Shown piece after piece: positions 42,401 through 53,140 of a stretch of DNA of 64,000 nt (position 1 is its first letter; every line of letters starts with the position of its first letter). The stretch is from Obrimoposthia wandeli (Eukaryota): NCBI GenBank assembly GCA_977020255.1, contig CDROCS010004085.1, positions 372,001-436,000 on the forward strand, given 5' to 3'. The notes beneath the pieces were generated by a model that did not search any database, had not been told where the DNA came from, and was given only the letters and a program-made list of their open reading frames with translations. The position numbers and the translations under genes were made by a program.

Positions 42401-43415
42401 CGTCCAACTTAACGTCAAGGTAGCCCTTGGCTTGGGTAATCGGGCTGTTTAGCGCAAGATCGGTAATCGCGAAATGATTCATAGAAGCGGTGATATCAGC
42501 ATTTACGCTAAGTGGTGCGATAGGTTTAACATCAAGCCCTAATAAATTTTCAATGGGGCGAGTATCTTGCCAATCAAGCTGTACTGTAGCGTGTGACTCT
42601 CCTTGTTTTAGCGGTACGATGTTTGCGTCTATGTTCAGTTGCGCGCCTGCAAACTCTCCCTTCGCTTTCAGTGAGCCTTGCTGTTCATTAATCAGGGCTT
42701 CCAGATCACCGTTAAGGGTTAAATCATAATCTTGCCCCATGGTGTAGCCTTTTACATCAAGCTGCCATGTATCAGGTTTTGTCAGATTAAGGTTTTCTAA
42801 AAACAAGCCAATATATTGATTTTGAACCTGATCTTCATAAGCAAATGTAATATTTTTCGCTGAAATGCTGTCACTTAAACGTAATGAGAAAGGCAATCCG
42901 GAATTCGATGGAGCTTGGCTTTCATCATTAACATTTAGGCTTGCTGTGTTTGATGGGGAGGGTTGTTCATTAAACTCCCAATTCGTTATACCATCCGCTG
43001 TTTTGGCTAAATTAAGCGCAATATCTTCAAACTCAAGGTGATCAATTTCCAAGGTATTATTTAAAAGTGGTAACACTGATATTTTGGCTTCTAAGTAACC
43101 CGATGTCAGCATTGGTTGCCATGGTATATCCTCAATATTGCCTATCATTACTCCTTCAAGTCGAATAGCAGGGCTGAATGAGATCTCGAGTTCGATATCA
43201 CCTGTTATTTCAGCGTCGCGATGAAGGTTATCGGTTAGCCATTGATTGATGTAAGCACGATGTGGCGCGAGATCTAAATTAACACCGTAACTTAATACGC
43301 CCGTTATTAGGATCATTGGACTTAAAAGGCCAATCGAGGCCCATTTGGCAATTTTTTTTAATCGACGAGGCTTAATAGAAGGCGAAGCGTCTGTTTGTGA
43401 ATGCGGTTGAGTCAT
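39432..43415 (-). CDS. Large AsmA-family protein (1327 aa)
   Basis: Single N-terminal TM, long beta-rich body and C-terminal LNCFAAGMDIKQG...LLDT AsmA-type end. Confidence 0.85.
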   Translation of the reverse strand: MTQPHSQTDASPSIKPRRLKKIAKWASIGLLSPMILITGVLSYGVNLDLAPHRAYINQWLTDNLHRDAEITGDIELEISFSPAIRLEGVMIGNIEDIPWQPMLTSGYLEAKISVLPLLNNTLEIDHLEFEDIALNLAKTADGITNWEFNEQPSPSNTASLNVNDESQAPSNSGLPFSLRLSDSISAKNITFAYEDQVQNQYIGLFLENLNLTKPDTWQLDVKGYTMGQDYDLTLNGDLEALINEQQGSLKAKGEFAGAQLNIDANIVPLKQGESHATVQLDWQDTRPIENLLGLDVKPIAPLSVNADITASMNHFAITDLALNSPITQAKGYLDVKLDVPYTDGHNFIEGQLDIPLIDLRPWLQPEEPQPMMMSAYGATPQQSPLQRALDQWLKKTTTKVGVNIGKIKGLGTNVANLSLNVEGIDGKLQAPMTADIANVPFRGNATIDATEWTSNVDITLGAKDSSLGEIASWLTGIPYASGHLTSSELTITTQGTKLQEWLDNSQIALSIDDASVGWGSQATFVIDTAQLAAGMNRPFSSDIQGDLMGIPTHVTAKAGTLGDIINGRDWPTRLHIDSPVLDVKAQGLLVGTQWQEGSWFNLTVQGDDASKLSPWLGTQTNINGEMALNGKLAYQDKWINLDIPNLSFMNTKGQFEAKWRPEDGNPFLVLNMQFDQLDFTQFGQFVNDDELPQVEQAVPTQGVNLDVPLLGNDLVIADADLSLRVKTMTWANQHVDNVNFKGKVRNGKMPTSPFGASYAGSLYSGDIAFNLNDANISTQLNLGVNNPNIGRILSQFDVTDDLGMKLKSAQLAIDLSGRTIIELMEQAKIEAKMSGGELKLADVYTGKAINVSLSNGHFITGPNDATQLKIAGQTSERAVSIKLDSLSLKQANDGRKSMPVSFAVNVGDMAFNARSNVTLPMDIKRLNLTFDAYTPNLDRFNLFTGVELPPYGPVKLAAQMSMDDIGYHLRDMMVQVGDSKLMGKGDIIPPMNGQDRPSVDIALHAPFIQINDFKTTGWQAWLAEEQTTESTPTDTNTNTNTNTNDDAVPVISPEGLEIVNANFKLDVDEVRSGDDWLGAGKLYWQLDQGQFTLQPLHVKLPGGDINIHGEVKAKQEMFDISLQGKVTNFDYGILARRLDPNTDMHGKISTKFNLTSVANTPDTLMNNANGFIGFATWPKTFEANIIDLWAVSLTDAILPNFTNDDPSVLNCFAAGMDIKQGTMTQRNLLLDTTRIQVNGLFNASYADRAFNLYLSPKSKKAQIFSLQTPVEVHGKFEDFDLDVPWSAIFETSVRFTTSPVVSPIRWLIEKPLEQDGSQTCERIWQGS

Positions 43416-43705
43416 AAATTAAGCGCTTTAAATGTCCAGGATAAATAATAAATTGGATGATGTTTTATTGCTTAAGATATCATGAATAAGGGCTTTACAG
43501 ATATGCGTTGACCATAAAATGACAGTACAAATTACCTGTATCCGTAATCAGTCTTACTAAAGGTAAACTAGTATCTCGGTGGCGTATTTCTCTTGGATTA
43601 CCCTGTAAAGCCGTTATGAAGGGAATTAATATAAAATATGCGTGTTGTTGCTAAATATAAAATTCCCTATTATCTAACGCTACATACCGATATTGAGCCA
43701 ATGCC

Positions 43706-44611
43706 ATGAAAATTGATTTAACCAATCTGATCACTGAAAGCCGTAATACAGCCAGCCAGCACATCGATACTTTATCAACCATCGATATGTTGAAAGTGAT
43801 CAATGATGAAGATAAAAAAGTGGCTTTAGCGGTTGAACAAACATTACCAGACATTAGCCAAGTGGTAGACGCCATAACCGAGGCATTTAAAAAGGGTGGA
43901 CGTTTAATTTATACTGGTGCTGGCACATCTGGTCGCCTTGGTATTTTAGACGCTAGTGAATGCCCACCCACTTACGGTTCTAAGCCTGAACAAGTCGTTG
44001 GTCTTATCGCTGGTGGCCATACCGCTATTTTACGCGCAGTAGAAAATGCTGAAGATAACCGCGAGCTGGGTGAAGGTGATTTAAAAGACCTTAATTTTAA
44101 TGAAAATGATGTGCTCGTTGGAATAGCAGCAAGTGGACGTACTCCGTATGTTTTAGGGGCAATGGCGTATGCAAAATCGGTGAATGCCACCGTCGCTTGT
44201 ATTAGTTGTAACCCTAATAGCCCCATGACAGAAGCGGCAGATATTAGCATTACCCCTATTGTAGGGGCAGAAGTGGTAACGGGTTCATCCCGCATGAAAG
44301 CAGGCACTGCGCAAAAGTTGGTGTTGAATATGCTGACGACGGGCGCGATGATTCGTTCGGGAAAAGTGTTCGGCAATTTGATGGTTGATGTTGAAGCCAC
44401 CAACGCCAAGTTGGTTGAACGTCAGAAGAAGATTGTTATTGAAGCAACCGACTGCAGCCGAGAAGAAGCAGTAAGTGCATTAGCCGCATGTAACGGACAT
44501 TGCAAAACAGCCATCGTAATGGTGTTGGCACAATTAAGTGCAGAAGAGGCAAAGCAGTTATTGGATAATAATAAAGGTTTTATTCGTGCTGCGATTGCGG
44601 AAGAAAAATAA
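43706..44611 (+). CDS. murQ: N-acetylmuramic acid 6-phosphate etherase
   Basis: [20 protein letters not shown] and [17 protein letters not shown] motifs. Confidence 0.96.
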   Translation: MKIDLTNLITESRNTASQHIDTLSTIDMLKVINDEDKKVALAVEQTLPDISQVVDAITEAFKKGGRLIYTGAGTSGRLGILDASECPPTYGSKPEQVVGLIAGGHTAILRAVENAEDNRELGEGDLKDLNFNENDVLVGIAASGRTPYVLGAMAYAKSVNATVACISCNPNSPMTEAADISITPIVGAEVVTGSSRMKAGTAQKLVLNMLTTGAMIRSGKVFGNLMVDVEATNAKLVERQKKIVIEATDCSREEAVSALAACNGHCKTAIVMVLAQLSAEEAKQLLDNNKGFIRAAIAEEK

Positions 44612-44750
44612 TGACGATTTTTCGGAGAGTTACTTTCGGTCAGACACTATCCCCAAGCTAACTCAAGATGCAGAATCCAGAGGGTTCAATGTTGATCACT
44701 CAACATTGAACCGCTATGTAATTGAGTATGCGCTATTGCTAGAAAATTAG
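44608..44750 (+). mobile_element. IS6-family transposase N-terminal remnant
   Basis: Reads DFSESYFRSD...ESRGFNVDHSTLNRYVIEYA, resembling the IS6 ERGVxVDHSTIYRWVQxYAP motif. Confidence 0.62.
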
Positions 44751-44818
44751 ACTTGCAAAAAAAGTGTTTTCATCAGCGAGACTGATAAAGAGAGATGTTA
44801 TGTATCTTTATTTTTCAC

Positions 44819-45574
44819 CTATACCAACATGACGTTGATACCAGCGTCTTTCAATTGAGTAATAACTTCTGGATTAGCATCTTTACCAGTGATTAAAGTG
44901 TGAATCTTCGTCGCGTGGCAGAACAACATACCTGCGCGCTGACCAACTTTACTGCTATCTGTGAGTACGACCAATTTACCCACGTGATCTAACATTTTTT
45001 GTTCTGCCATCGCTGTGAGCATGTCCATTTTGTACAACCCATCAGCAGTTAACCCTTTCCCGCTGGTGAACATCCAATGCCCAGCATATAACGATGATAC
45101 TTCGTCTTGTGGTGCTAAGGTGATGGACTGCGTTTTATTGTATTGACCACCAATGATCACGACCCCATCGTGTTCTTCTTCAATCAGGTAGTTTGCCAGC
45201 GGGAAAAAGTTGGTGATTACTTGAACATCTTGTCCACAAAGCTCTTGCCCTAATAAGAAGGCTGTTGAACCACAATTGATAACCGCACTTTCACCTGGCG
45301 CAATCAGAGAGGCGGCAGCTTGGGCAATGCGCACTTTTTCATCATGGTTTGAGACATGATTAATATTGAATGGGGACCAAGCTGTTTTTTTCTGAGTGAT
45401 GGCTTCTGCGCCATTTCGGACTTTTCTTAACTTCCTTGAATCATTGAGCTTATTGATATCACGACGTGCTGTTGCCGGAGAAATATCATAGGCCTCAATG
45501 AGGTTATTTACAGTGATATATCGTTTCTGCTGCAAGAGTTCTAGGATGGCACTATGCCGTTGTGCTTCTGTCAT
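44819..45574 (-). CDS. ulaR: DeoR-family regulator, UlaR paralog 2
   Basis: [12 protein letters not shown] and [11 protein letters not shown] motifs; adjacent to ula genes. Confidence 0.88.
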   Translation of the reverse strand: MTEAQRHSAILELLQQKRYITVNNLIEAYDISPATARRDINKLNDSRKLRKVRNGAEAITQKKTAWSPFNINHVSNHDEKVRIAQAAASLIAPGESAVINCGSTAFLLGQELCGQDVQVITNFFPLANYLIEEEHDGVVIIGGQYNKTQSITLAPQDEVSSLYAGHWMFTSGKGLTADGLYKMDMLTAMAEQKMLDHVGKLVVLTDSSKVGQRAGMLFCHATKIHTLITGKDANPEVITQLKDAGINVMLV

Positions 45575-45589
45575 AGCATGCCTTTTTTA

Positions 45590-45614
45590 TGATTATTACT
45601 GACTGCTTATGATT
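45590..45614. promoter_or_regulatory. Putative UlaR operator (three TGAYT at 10-bp spacing)
   Basis: TGATT-ATTAC-TGACT-GCTTA-TGATT. Confidence 0.6.
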
Positions 45615-45799
45615 GTATACCGCGAGTTATGAGATTAAAAGACGTCATCTGCTCGCATTAGACGAGAAATGATACGTATCCAGTGTATGTATAGATTATG
45701 TGAGCTCAGACGCATATCGTGTAGATTTTCAACGCCTGAGTTAACAACTTTCATAGTGATAACGTCTATTTATAAGGTTGTTGTAGGGAAGCTTAGACA

Positions 45800-46672
45800 T
45801 TACGTGAGCGCAAACCCTACCGCTTGTCCCATTTCTGTGAGGCGAGTCTTTGCTAATTGAATGTTGTTGGCCCATTCATCATCTTGAGCCCACATTTCAA
45901 TGACCATAGGGGCAGCGTAGTCCATGTTAGCTAAGGTTTTGAAAATTGCTGGGAAATCGACATCGCCTTCACCTATTACTAAGTCGCGGAATTGGCCTTT
46001 ACAGGTACTACTGACTTTTAATGTGTCTTTTAAGTGAATTTGGATGATGTGATCGCTGCTGAGTTGTAGCTCTGTACAGGTGTCATAATTCCATCCGGTG
46101 ATGTTGCCGACATCGGGGTAGGCCATGAAGTACGGTGAAGGAATGGCTTTTTTCAATATTTCAAATTTGCTGAGTGAGTTGAGGTAAGGAGTATCCATGA
46201 TCTCGACACCTAGCATGATGCCTGCACGTTCAGCCATTTTGGTGGAGGCTTTCATGCCTTCGATGAAGCGTTGGTGGGTTGCTGCGGTTTGTGGTTCGTA
46301 ATACACGTCGTAACCGGCCAGCTGGATGCAGCGGATACCGAGTTTATAGGCCAAGTTGATGGCTTTCTCCATAATGACATAGGCTTCATGACGAATCGCT
46401 TCATTTTCAGAACCGAAGGGGAACTTACGGTGTGCACTCAAACACATCGACTGTAATGGCAAGCCGTATTGTTCGCATAAATGGCGTAGGTTGTAAATTT
46501 CTTCGTCGCTCCAATCTAAGCGGGCTCGACGTTCATCTGATTCATCGACCGAAATTTCAATAAAATCAAAGCCAAGATCTTTCGCTGCTACGATTTTTTG
46601 TTCCCATGAGAAGTCTGCGGGCATGGCTTTTTCATACAAACCAAGGCGGAATTTCTTATTAAAATTATGCAT
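45800..46672 (-). CDS. ulaE: L-ribulose-5-phosphate 3-epimerase
   Basis: LGLYEKA, EISVDESDER, MCLSAHRKFP and HLKDT motifs. Confidence 0.93.
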   Translation of the reverse strand: MHNFNKKFRLGLYEKAMPADFSWEQKIVAAKDLGFDFIEISVDESDERRARLDWSDEEIYNLRHLCEQYGLPLQSMCLSAHRKFPFGSENEAIRHEAYVIMEKAINLAYKLGIRCIQLAGYDVYYEPQTAATHQRFIEGMKASTKMAERAGIMLGVEIMDTPYLNSLSKFEILKKAIPSPYFMAYPDVGNITGWNYDTCTELQLSSDHIIQIHLKDTLKVSSTCKGQFRDLVIGEGDVDFPAIFKTLANMDYAAPMVIEMWAQDDEWANNIQLAKTRLTEMGQAVGFALT

Positions 46673-46697
46673 ATATCACCTAAATTAAGTGGGGGGC

Positions 46698-47516
46698 TTA
46701 GAAGCAATCTGCGATGATTTCACTGATGCCTTGGTCGTTATTGGTGGTGGTTGTGATACGGTCTGCGATCTGCTTAACGGCTTCATCAGCATTGGCCATG
46801 GCGACGCCGAGCCCTGCAAGGGTGATCATGGAAATGTCATTGTGGTTATCACCTATCGCTACAACCTTGCTTGGGTCAATGTGTTGGTCTGCTAAGTATT
46901 CAGCCAAGCGAAAGCCTTTAGTGTTGCCTTTGTTGGAAAAATCGATACGGTTCGACCACGACTTCTCACCAGTAAAAGTGCTACGAATAAACGGTAATTC
47001 TGCGAAATGTGTGATGTTTTCAATGTCACCTTCAACCACGAATTTCCAGATGTAGGCGTTGTTGTCGATTTCATCCAAGAAAGAATCAATGCGTTCAATC
47101 TCGGGTTTAATGTCATCAGGAAACTGTTGCGACCAGATTTCCATTGCTTCCATATAGTGGATGGGTGTTTTAGCCGAGAACGTCATTTTGTCGGTGACGT
47201 ACATCACCATGTTCAGTTTGTTTTGTTGTGCCAACGTGACAAATTGACGGGCATTGTCGTGAGAAATGGCCTGTTCAGTGATCACACTGTTGGTTGAATA
47301 GTCATATACATAGGTGCCATTGCAGCAAATGATCGGGGTATCGAGTTCGAGATCATGGTGGTATGGACGGGCGGCGGTATGGTGGCGGCCTGTGACTAAC
47401 AACACAGTAGTGGTGTCTTTAATGCGTGCGATTGCGTCCTTTATTTCGGGTAAGATCTGATGGTCAGTGGTTAATGTCGTGCCATCTAAATCTAAGGCCA
47501 GCACGGAGTAAGTCAT
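46698..47516 (-). CDS. Cof-type HAD phosphatase
   Basis: ALDLDGT, VTGR and AIGDNHND motifs; ATG at 47516. Confidence 0.92.
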   Translation of the reverse strand: MTYSVLALDLDGTTLTTDHQILPEIKDAIARIKDTTTVLLVTGRHHTAARPYHHDLELDTPIICCNGTYVYDYSTNSVITEQAISHDNARQFVTLAQQNKLNMVMYVTDKMTFSAKTPIHYMEAMEIWSQQFPDDIKPEIERIDSFLDEIDNNAYIWKFVVEGDIENITHFAELPFIRSTFTGEKSWSNRIDFSNKGNTKGFRLAEYLADQHIDPSKVVAIGDNHNDISMITLAGLGVAMANADEAVKQIADRITTTTNNDQGISEIIADCF

Positions 47517-47688
47517 GTTTATTCCCTTTGATTGAATCGCGTAAACCATAAAGTAAACGGGAAATGGTGAGTCCTGTCCTTTCATTACTCGGTGAGAAAT
47601 GAAAGGGCTACCTTCCAACACAAACGATGCGAACCGAAAACAGGAAGATAGCCACAGGTTTTTTTGTAGGGTTAAGCGTTTTTAATAC

Positions 47689-48756
47689 TTACAAGAATGC
47701 CTTGAATGGTAATTCTGGTTCGTCTGTAAAGATGTCGGCAAAACCACGAGGGTGCTGGTAGTACATCTTCGCTTGGTCTGTTGGGAAGGTGTATTTACCG
47801 CCCACTTGCCAGAAGAAAGGACTAAATCCATAACCCAGACGATCTTTTTTCATCTTCCATAACACTTCAATTTCACGAGGATCGTTTTGGAAGTTTGCCC
47901 AAATATCGTGATGGAAAGGCATAACGACTTGCGCGTCTAATGATTCTCCGGCACGCAAGATGTCGGAAGCGGTCATTTTGTCGGTTACGCCACGTGGGTT
48001 TTCGCCGTAAGACAACAGAGCTACATCAATTTGATTATCGTTGCCGTGTTTTGCGTAGTAATTTGAGTAGTGTGAATCCCCAGAGTGGTAAACATTACCA
48101 CCCGTAGTTTTCACCAAATAGTTCACTGCGCGGTCGTCCATGCCATCTAAAATCGACTTGTCGTACGAAGAGGTGCCTTCTGGTAGTGTCACCAATGCAG
48201 TACGGTCGAAAGCGTCCAATACTTTGATGGTTATATCGCCCACCGGAATCTCATCACCAACTTTAGCTATAATGCATCGATCTTCTGGCACGCCCCAGCC
48301 TGTCCATAGATCTACACAAGCTTTTGGTCCGATGAATTTCACGTGCTCACCACAGTTATGTAGTACTGCAGAGGCAACGTTAATATCGATGTGATCGGCA
48401 TGATCATGGGTAGCCAATACCGCATCAATATTTTTAATCCCGAATGGGTCAAGTACGAACGGTGAGGTTCGTAGGTTCGGCTGTAAGTTGCGAACACCAC
48501 CCATACGCATCATCTGATGCTGATTTTTCATGTGTGGGTTGCCGTGTGTTCTCTTGCCTGTACCACACCAAAAATCGATAGAAATGTTGGTGTTACCTTC
48601 AGATTTCAGCCAAATTCCCGTACAACCTAACCACCACATTGCAAAGGTACCTGGCTGTACATCTTCGTGATCAATTTCTTCGTTTAGCCATGTGCCCCAC
48701 TCAGGGAACGTATTGAGAATCCATGATTCGCGGGTAATTTCGTCAACTTTGCTCAT
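47689..48756 (-). CDS. ulaG: L-ascorbate-6-phosphate lactonase
   Basis: [28 protein letters not shown] start; THDHADH metallo-beta-lactamase motif. Confidence 0.97.
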   Translation of the reverse strand: MSKVDEITRESWILNTFPEWGTWLNEEIDHEDVQPGTFAMWWLGCTGIWLKSEGNTNISIDFWCGTGKRTHGNPHMKNQHQMMRMGGVRNLQPNLRTSPFVLDPFGIKNIDAVLATHDHADHIDINVASAVLHNCGEHVKFIGPKACVDLWTGWGVPEDRCIIAKVGDEIPVGDITIKVLDAFDRTALVTLPEGTSSYDKSILDGMDDRAVNYLVKTTGGNVYHSGDSHYSNYYAKHGNDNQIDVALLSYGENPRGVTDKMTASDILRAGESLDAQVVMPFHHDIWANFQNDPREIEVLWKMKKDRLGYGFSPFFWQVGGKYTFPTDQAKMYYQHPRGFADIFTDEPELPFKAFL

Positions 48757-48864
48757 CTGATAGACCTTTCGTTAAATGAATTTAAAAAATCGTCCGAAAC
48801 GTACCGGTATAGTGCGTTTCGCTATAAAAAATGCGTACTTTTTCTTCTTTTTCTGGATATTGGC

Positions 48865-49620
48865 TTATACCAACACCACTTCAATTCCTTGTGCTTCCAG
48901 CGCGCCCACTACATCGTGAGGGGCATCTCGCCCAGTGATCACTATGTCAATTTGAGTCGTGGAGGCAAATAACATACCCACGCGTTGTCCTACCTTTGAA
49001 CTGTCGACTAACACTACGAGTTTGGTCGCTTGTCTCATCATTTTCTGTTCTGACATAGCCGCGAGCATGTCCATTTTGTATAGCCCATCAGCTGTTAAGC
49101 CTTTGCCACTAGTGAACATGTAATGCGCGGCGTAACCATGTCCCACTTCTTGATGGGGAGCCAGCATCAGACCTCGTGTTCGATGGTATTCCCCGCCAAT
49201 GATCACCACATCATCATGCTCTTTCGTGATCAAATAGCGGATCAATGGGAAGTAATTAGTAATCACTAAAACATCGCTACCGCAGATCTCTTGGCCTAAT
49301 AAAAAGGCTGTTGAACCGCAGTTGATCAACACGCTGTCGCCACTGTGGCAAAGCTGTGCGGCATAGTGCGCAATGCGCGTTTTTTCATCATGATTGGACG
49401 TTTGATGAATGTTCATGGGTGACCAAAACATGCGTGCTTGTGGCTTTGCCTCTGCACCATTACGTACTTTGGTTAGCTTGCCTTGCTCTTCCAATTTATT
49501 GATGTCGCGTCTAGCTGTTGCTGGTGAGACACCAAAGGTGTTGATGACTTTTTCAACCGTAATCGCTCGACGATGACTCAGAATATTAAGTAAAGCATTG
49601 TGGCGTTGTGATTCAGTCAT
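48865..49620 (-). CDS. ulaR: DeoR-family regulator, UlaR paralog 1
   Basis: MTESQRH start; [12 protein letters not shown] and [11 protein letters not shown] motifs. Confidence 0.9.
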   Translation of the reverse strand: MTESQRHNALLNILSHRRAITVEKVINTFGVSPATARRDINKLEEQGKLTKVRNGAEAKPQARMFWSPMNIHQTSNHDEKTRIAHYAAQLCHSGDSVLINCGSTAFLLGQEICGSDVLVITNYFPLIRYLITKEHDDVVIIGGEYHRTRGLMLAPHQEVGHGYAAHYMFTSGKGLTADGLYKMDMLAAMSEQKMMRQATKLVVLVDSSKVGQRVGMLFASTTQIDIVITGRDAPHDVVGALEAQGIEVVLV

Positions 49621-49656
49621 GTGTATTACCTCTACTGCTTTCACAATGACACTTTG

Positions 49657-49702
49657 TGATTCGCAATGACTATAGCAATCACCATCATGATTATCAATGA
49701 TT
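49657..49702. promoter_or_regulatory. Putative UlaR operators
   Basis: TGATT-N5-TGACT (49657) and TGATT-N5-TGATT (49688). Confidence 0.55.
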
Positions 49703-49868
49703 ACTTTTGGTGTTTTGTGACTGAGTTAAAACTTTATTTTCATCGCTTTAACGAAGAGGTTACAACTGGTTGAAATTAAAGTGAGAAGTATCAAAAGGGA
49801 TTTTTTTGCGAGTTAGTTAGCACTTTCAACCGTTTTGATACGCATTATCACCCACCTGATAGCCAAAA

Positions 49869-49882
49869 TTGATCTGTATCAA
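49869..49882. promoter_or_regulatory. FNR box
   Basis: Perfect TTGAT-CTGT-ATCAA. Confidence 0.7.
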
Positions 49883-49899
49883 TAGGAAGGGATAATCAA

Positions 49900-49953
49900 C
49901 GAGAGCTCTCTCACATAAAATCAAACTATGACTTTTTATGATTATTTGTGATT
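49900..49953. promoter_or_regulatory. CRP-like site plus three TGAYT repeats
   Basis: CGAGA-GCTCTC-TCACA at 49900; TGAYT at 49929, 49939 and 49949. Confidence 0.55.
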
Positions 49954-50079
49954 GCTATGGTGATTACGCGAACAGAAAGCAGGTTGATAAAAATAGAGAA
50001 TAAGAAACGGCGAAAAGCCAATCACCCCGTGATAGAAAGCGATGAGGTGTACGCACCTACGTTGCGATGGAGCATCATT

Positions 50080-51843
50080 ATGGACACCCTATACGACATT
50101 TTTTACATCTTTTACAGCCAAGTCATGACAAAGGCCCCGTTATTACTTGGCTTAGTAACATGTATTGGTTACATCCTGCTAAGACGTGACACGACCACAG
50201 TTATAAAAGGCACTATCAAAACCATTGTTGGTTTTATGTTGGTACAAGTTGGTGCAGGTACTTTGGTTGCTGGTTTTAAACCGGTGATTGAAAAACTCTC
50301 TGAATACCATGGTTTAACAGGGTCGGTTATTGACCCTTACACCACCATGATGTCCACAATGGAAACTATGGGTGATAACTACTCATGGGTTGGTTATGCC
50401 GTCTTAATGGCCTTAGGTCTCAATATCCTCTTGGTGGTTTTTCGCCGATATACTGGTATTCGAACCATTATGCTGACGGGACACATCATGTTCCAACAAG
50501 CAGGCTTGATAGCGGTGTTCTACTTCATTCTTGGGGCTGGCATGTGGGAAACCATCATTTACTCGGCAATCTTGATGGCTCTGTATTGGGGTATTTCCTC
50601 CAACATTATGTTCAAACCGACCGAAGAAGTAACGGGTGGCGCAGGCTTCTCTATTGGTCACCAACAACAGGTTGCATCATGGATTGCGACTAAAATCGCT
50701 CCAAAATTGGGCAATAAAGAAGACAGTGTTGACCACCTTAAACTGCCTAAATGGCTACACATTTTTCACGATAGTATTGCTGCAACAGCAATTGTGATGA
50801 CAGTGTTCTTCGGTATTATTTTATTGTCATTCGGCCTTGATAACTTACAAGCGATGGCCGGTAAAACGAACTGGTTCATTTATATCCTTGAAACTGGTTT
50901 GAAGTTTGCTGTTGCGATTCAAGTGATTGTTGCTGGTGTACGCATGTTTGTGGCGGAATTGTCTGAAGCCTTTAAAGGGGTGTCAGAACGTGTGATTCCG
51001 AATGCGGTTTTGGCGATTGACTGTGCGGCGATTTATGCTTACTCACCGAATGCGATGGTATTTGGTTTTATGTGGGGTGCGATTGGTCAGTTTACGGCAG
51101 TGTTAGCGATGCTTGCTTTTGATGCTCCTATCATGATTATTCCTGGCTTCATTCCAATGTTCTTCTCGAATGCGACCATCGGTGTGTTTGCAAACCACTT
51201 TGGTGGTTGGAAAGCTGTGATGAAGATCTGTTTCGTCATGGGTATCATTGAGGTATTAGGCTCAGCATGGGCTATTCATTTGTTTGCGCAGCAAGGCACA
51301 GAATTTAATGGCTGGATGGGCATGGCAGATTGGGCGTTAGTGTTCCCACCAATCATGCAAGGTCTGTCTATGTCGAACTGGTTCTTCTTAGTTTTGCTAG
51401 CTGCTGCTGGTGTGTACATGTTCTTTGCTTCAAAAACATTGCGTGCTGAAGAAGATGCAGAAGCGGCGTTGGCTGTAACACAACCACAACCGACAGAAGA
51501 TGCTGTGGCGGACGTTGCAGAGCAAGCTATTAAAAGTTCAGCAGGGCGCGCTATTCGTATTCTGGCTGTGTGCGGGAACGGACAAGGTTCATCCATGATG
51601 ATGAAAATGAAGATCGGTAAATATCTAGAGAAGAAAGGAATACCGCATGTCATGGATTCGTGTGCTGTTTCAGATTACAAATCCAAGCTCGTGAACACCG
51701 ACATTATTGTGTCTTCTAAACACCTTTCTGGTGAGATGCAACCGGGTGAGGGCAAGTATGTACTGGGCGTACAAAACATGCTGAACCCTAATTCTTTCGG
51801 TGATGAATTGCTGAGCTTAATCAATAAAAATTTAGCAAATTAA
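50080..51843 (+). CDS. ulaA: PTS ascorbate IIC-IIB fusion (UlaA-UlaB)
   Basis: FLTGH-type [11 protein letters not shown] and FSIGHQQ motifs; C-terminal IIB motif [10 protein letters not shown]. Confidence 0.93.
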   Translation: MDTLYDIFYIFYSQVMTKAPLLLGLVTCIGYILLRRDTTTVIKGTIKTIVGFMLVQVGAGTLVAGFKPVIEKLSEYHGLTGSVIDPYTTMMSTMETMGDNYSWVGYAVLMALGLNILLVVFRRYTGIRTIMLTGHIMFQQAGLIAVFYFILGAGMWETIIYSAILMALYWGISSNIMFKPTEEVTGGAGFSIGHQQQVASWIATKIAPKLGNKEDSVDHLKLPKWLHIFHDSIAATAIVMTVFFGIILLSFGLDNLQAMAGKTNWFIYILETGLKFAVAIQVIVAGVRMFVAELSEAFKGVSERVIPNAVLAIDCAAIYAYSPNAMVFGFMWGAIGQFTAVLAMLAFDAPIMIIPGFIPMFFSNATIGVFANHFGGWKAVMKICFVMGIIEVLGSAWAIHLFAQQGTEFNGWMGMADWALVFPPIMQGLSMSNWFFLVLLAAAGVYMFFASKTLRAEEDAEAALAVTQPQPTEDAVADVAEQAIKSSAGRAIRILAVCGNGQGSSMMMKMKIGKYLEKKGIPHVMDSCAVSDYKSKLVNTDIIVSSKHLSGEMQPGEGKYVLGVQNMLNPNSFGDELLSLINKNLAN

Positions 51844-51902
51844 TCACAATGCCTCGGTGGGTTGTTGGCAGAGTACAATCCACCGAACACATGGAGTACA
51901 TC

Positions 51903-52379
51903 ATGAATTTTAAACAATCACTGAACGACAACAATTCCATTAACCTTCAAGCACAAGCTGCCGATTGGAAAGCAGCGATTAAATTGGGTACCGATATGCT
52001 AATTGCTTCGGGGGCGGTGCAGCCTAGTTATCACGACGCCATTATTAGTAGTGTGGAAAAGTTGGGACCTTACATTGTGATTGCTCCGAATTTTGCGATG
52101 CCACATGCTCGTCCTGAAGATGGCGTGAATCGCACCGCTTTTGCCTTAGTAACATTGCAACAGCCTGTGTATTTTGAGGGGGAAGACGAGCCTGTTGATG
52201 TTCTGGTGACGTTGGCTGGCAGTTCATCAGATGAGCATATGGAAGGTCTGATGGAAGTGACACAGGTATTGGAAGATGACGACAGTGAAACGGGAGTTGA
52301 TCTCGATAAGCTTCGCCATTGTCGCAGTAAAGATGATGTGTACCGTGTGATTGAAGAAGCGTTAGCGCTTGCTGTGTAA
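51903..52379 (+). CDS. ulaC: PTS ascorbate IIA
   Basis: GPYIVIAPNFAMPHARPEDGV motif. Confidence 0.92.
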   Translation: MNFKQSLNDNNSINLQAQAADWKAAIKLGTDMLIASGAVQPSYHDAIISSVEKLGPYIVIAPNFAMPHARPEDGVNRTAFALVTLQQPVYFEGEDEPVDVLVTLAGSSSDEHMEGLMEVTQVLEDDDSETGVDLDKLRHCRSKDDVYRVIEEALALAV

Positions 52380-52447
52380 GCGGCATATACACGGCTGACT
52401 ATCTATGGGCAGTGTGTTGGCATGCTGCCCAATATAGGAGATGAACA

Positions 52448-53140
52448 ATGTTTAATGCATTGAAAGAGAAAGTCTTAGAAGCGAACCTGCTGTTACCAAA
52501 ATACGATTTAGTGACCTTTACGTGGGGTAATGTGTCTGAGATTGATCGCGTAAGAGGCGTGGTCGCCATTAAGCCCTCAGGGGTAGATTATGATGTCATG
52601 ACGGTGAATGACATTGTGGTGGTCGATTTAACTGGCAAGGTGGTAGAAGGAACGATGAATCCGTCTAGTGATACCGCGACTCACCTTGAGTTGTACAAGG
52701 CATTTCCTGCATTAGGAGGAATTGTACATACCCATTCTCGCCATGGCACGATATGGGCACAGGCAGGGTTAGATATCCCTGCGTTAGGTACCACCCATGC
52801 TGATTATTTTTACGGTGATATTCCGTGCACGCGTTCATTGACACCGCGTGAGATCGACAATGATTACGAGAAGAATACGGGTTTAGTGATCGTTGAAGAA
52901 TTCACTCGCCGTGACATTGACCCGAGTGCGGTACCTAGCGCAATCATTGCTGGTCATGCCCCTTTTTCGTGGGGTAAAGATGCGTTTGACGCCGTACATA
53001 ATGCTGTAGTGCTAGAAGAAGTGGCTGCGATGGCATTATCGACACGCAGCTTAAACAGTGGCATTAGAATTCAACAAGAATTATCGGATAAACACTATTT
53101 TAGAAAGCACGGTGCCAACGCGTATTACGGACAAAAATAG
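52448..53140 (+). CDS. ulaF: L-ribulose-5-phosphate 4-epimerase
   Basis: [21 protein letters not shown] and [10 protein letters not shown] motifs. Confidence 0.93.
   Translation: MFNALKEKVLEANLLLPKYDLVTFTWGNVSEIDRVRGVVAIKPSGVDYDVMTVNDIVVVDLTGKVVEGTMNPSSDTATHLELYKAFPALGGIVHTHSRHGTIWAQAGLDIPALGTTHADYFYGDIPCTRSLTPREIDNDYEKNTGLVIVEEFTRRDIDPSAVPSAIIAGHAPFSWGKDAFDAVHNAVVLEEVAAMALSTRSLNSGIRIQQELSDKHYFRKHGANAYYGQK

Noticed and set aside
50080-51843. UlaA-UlaB fusion as a novelty
   Set aside because: IIC-IIB fusion is, to my knowledge, usual for Vibrionaceae ascorbate PTS.
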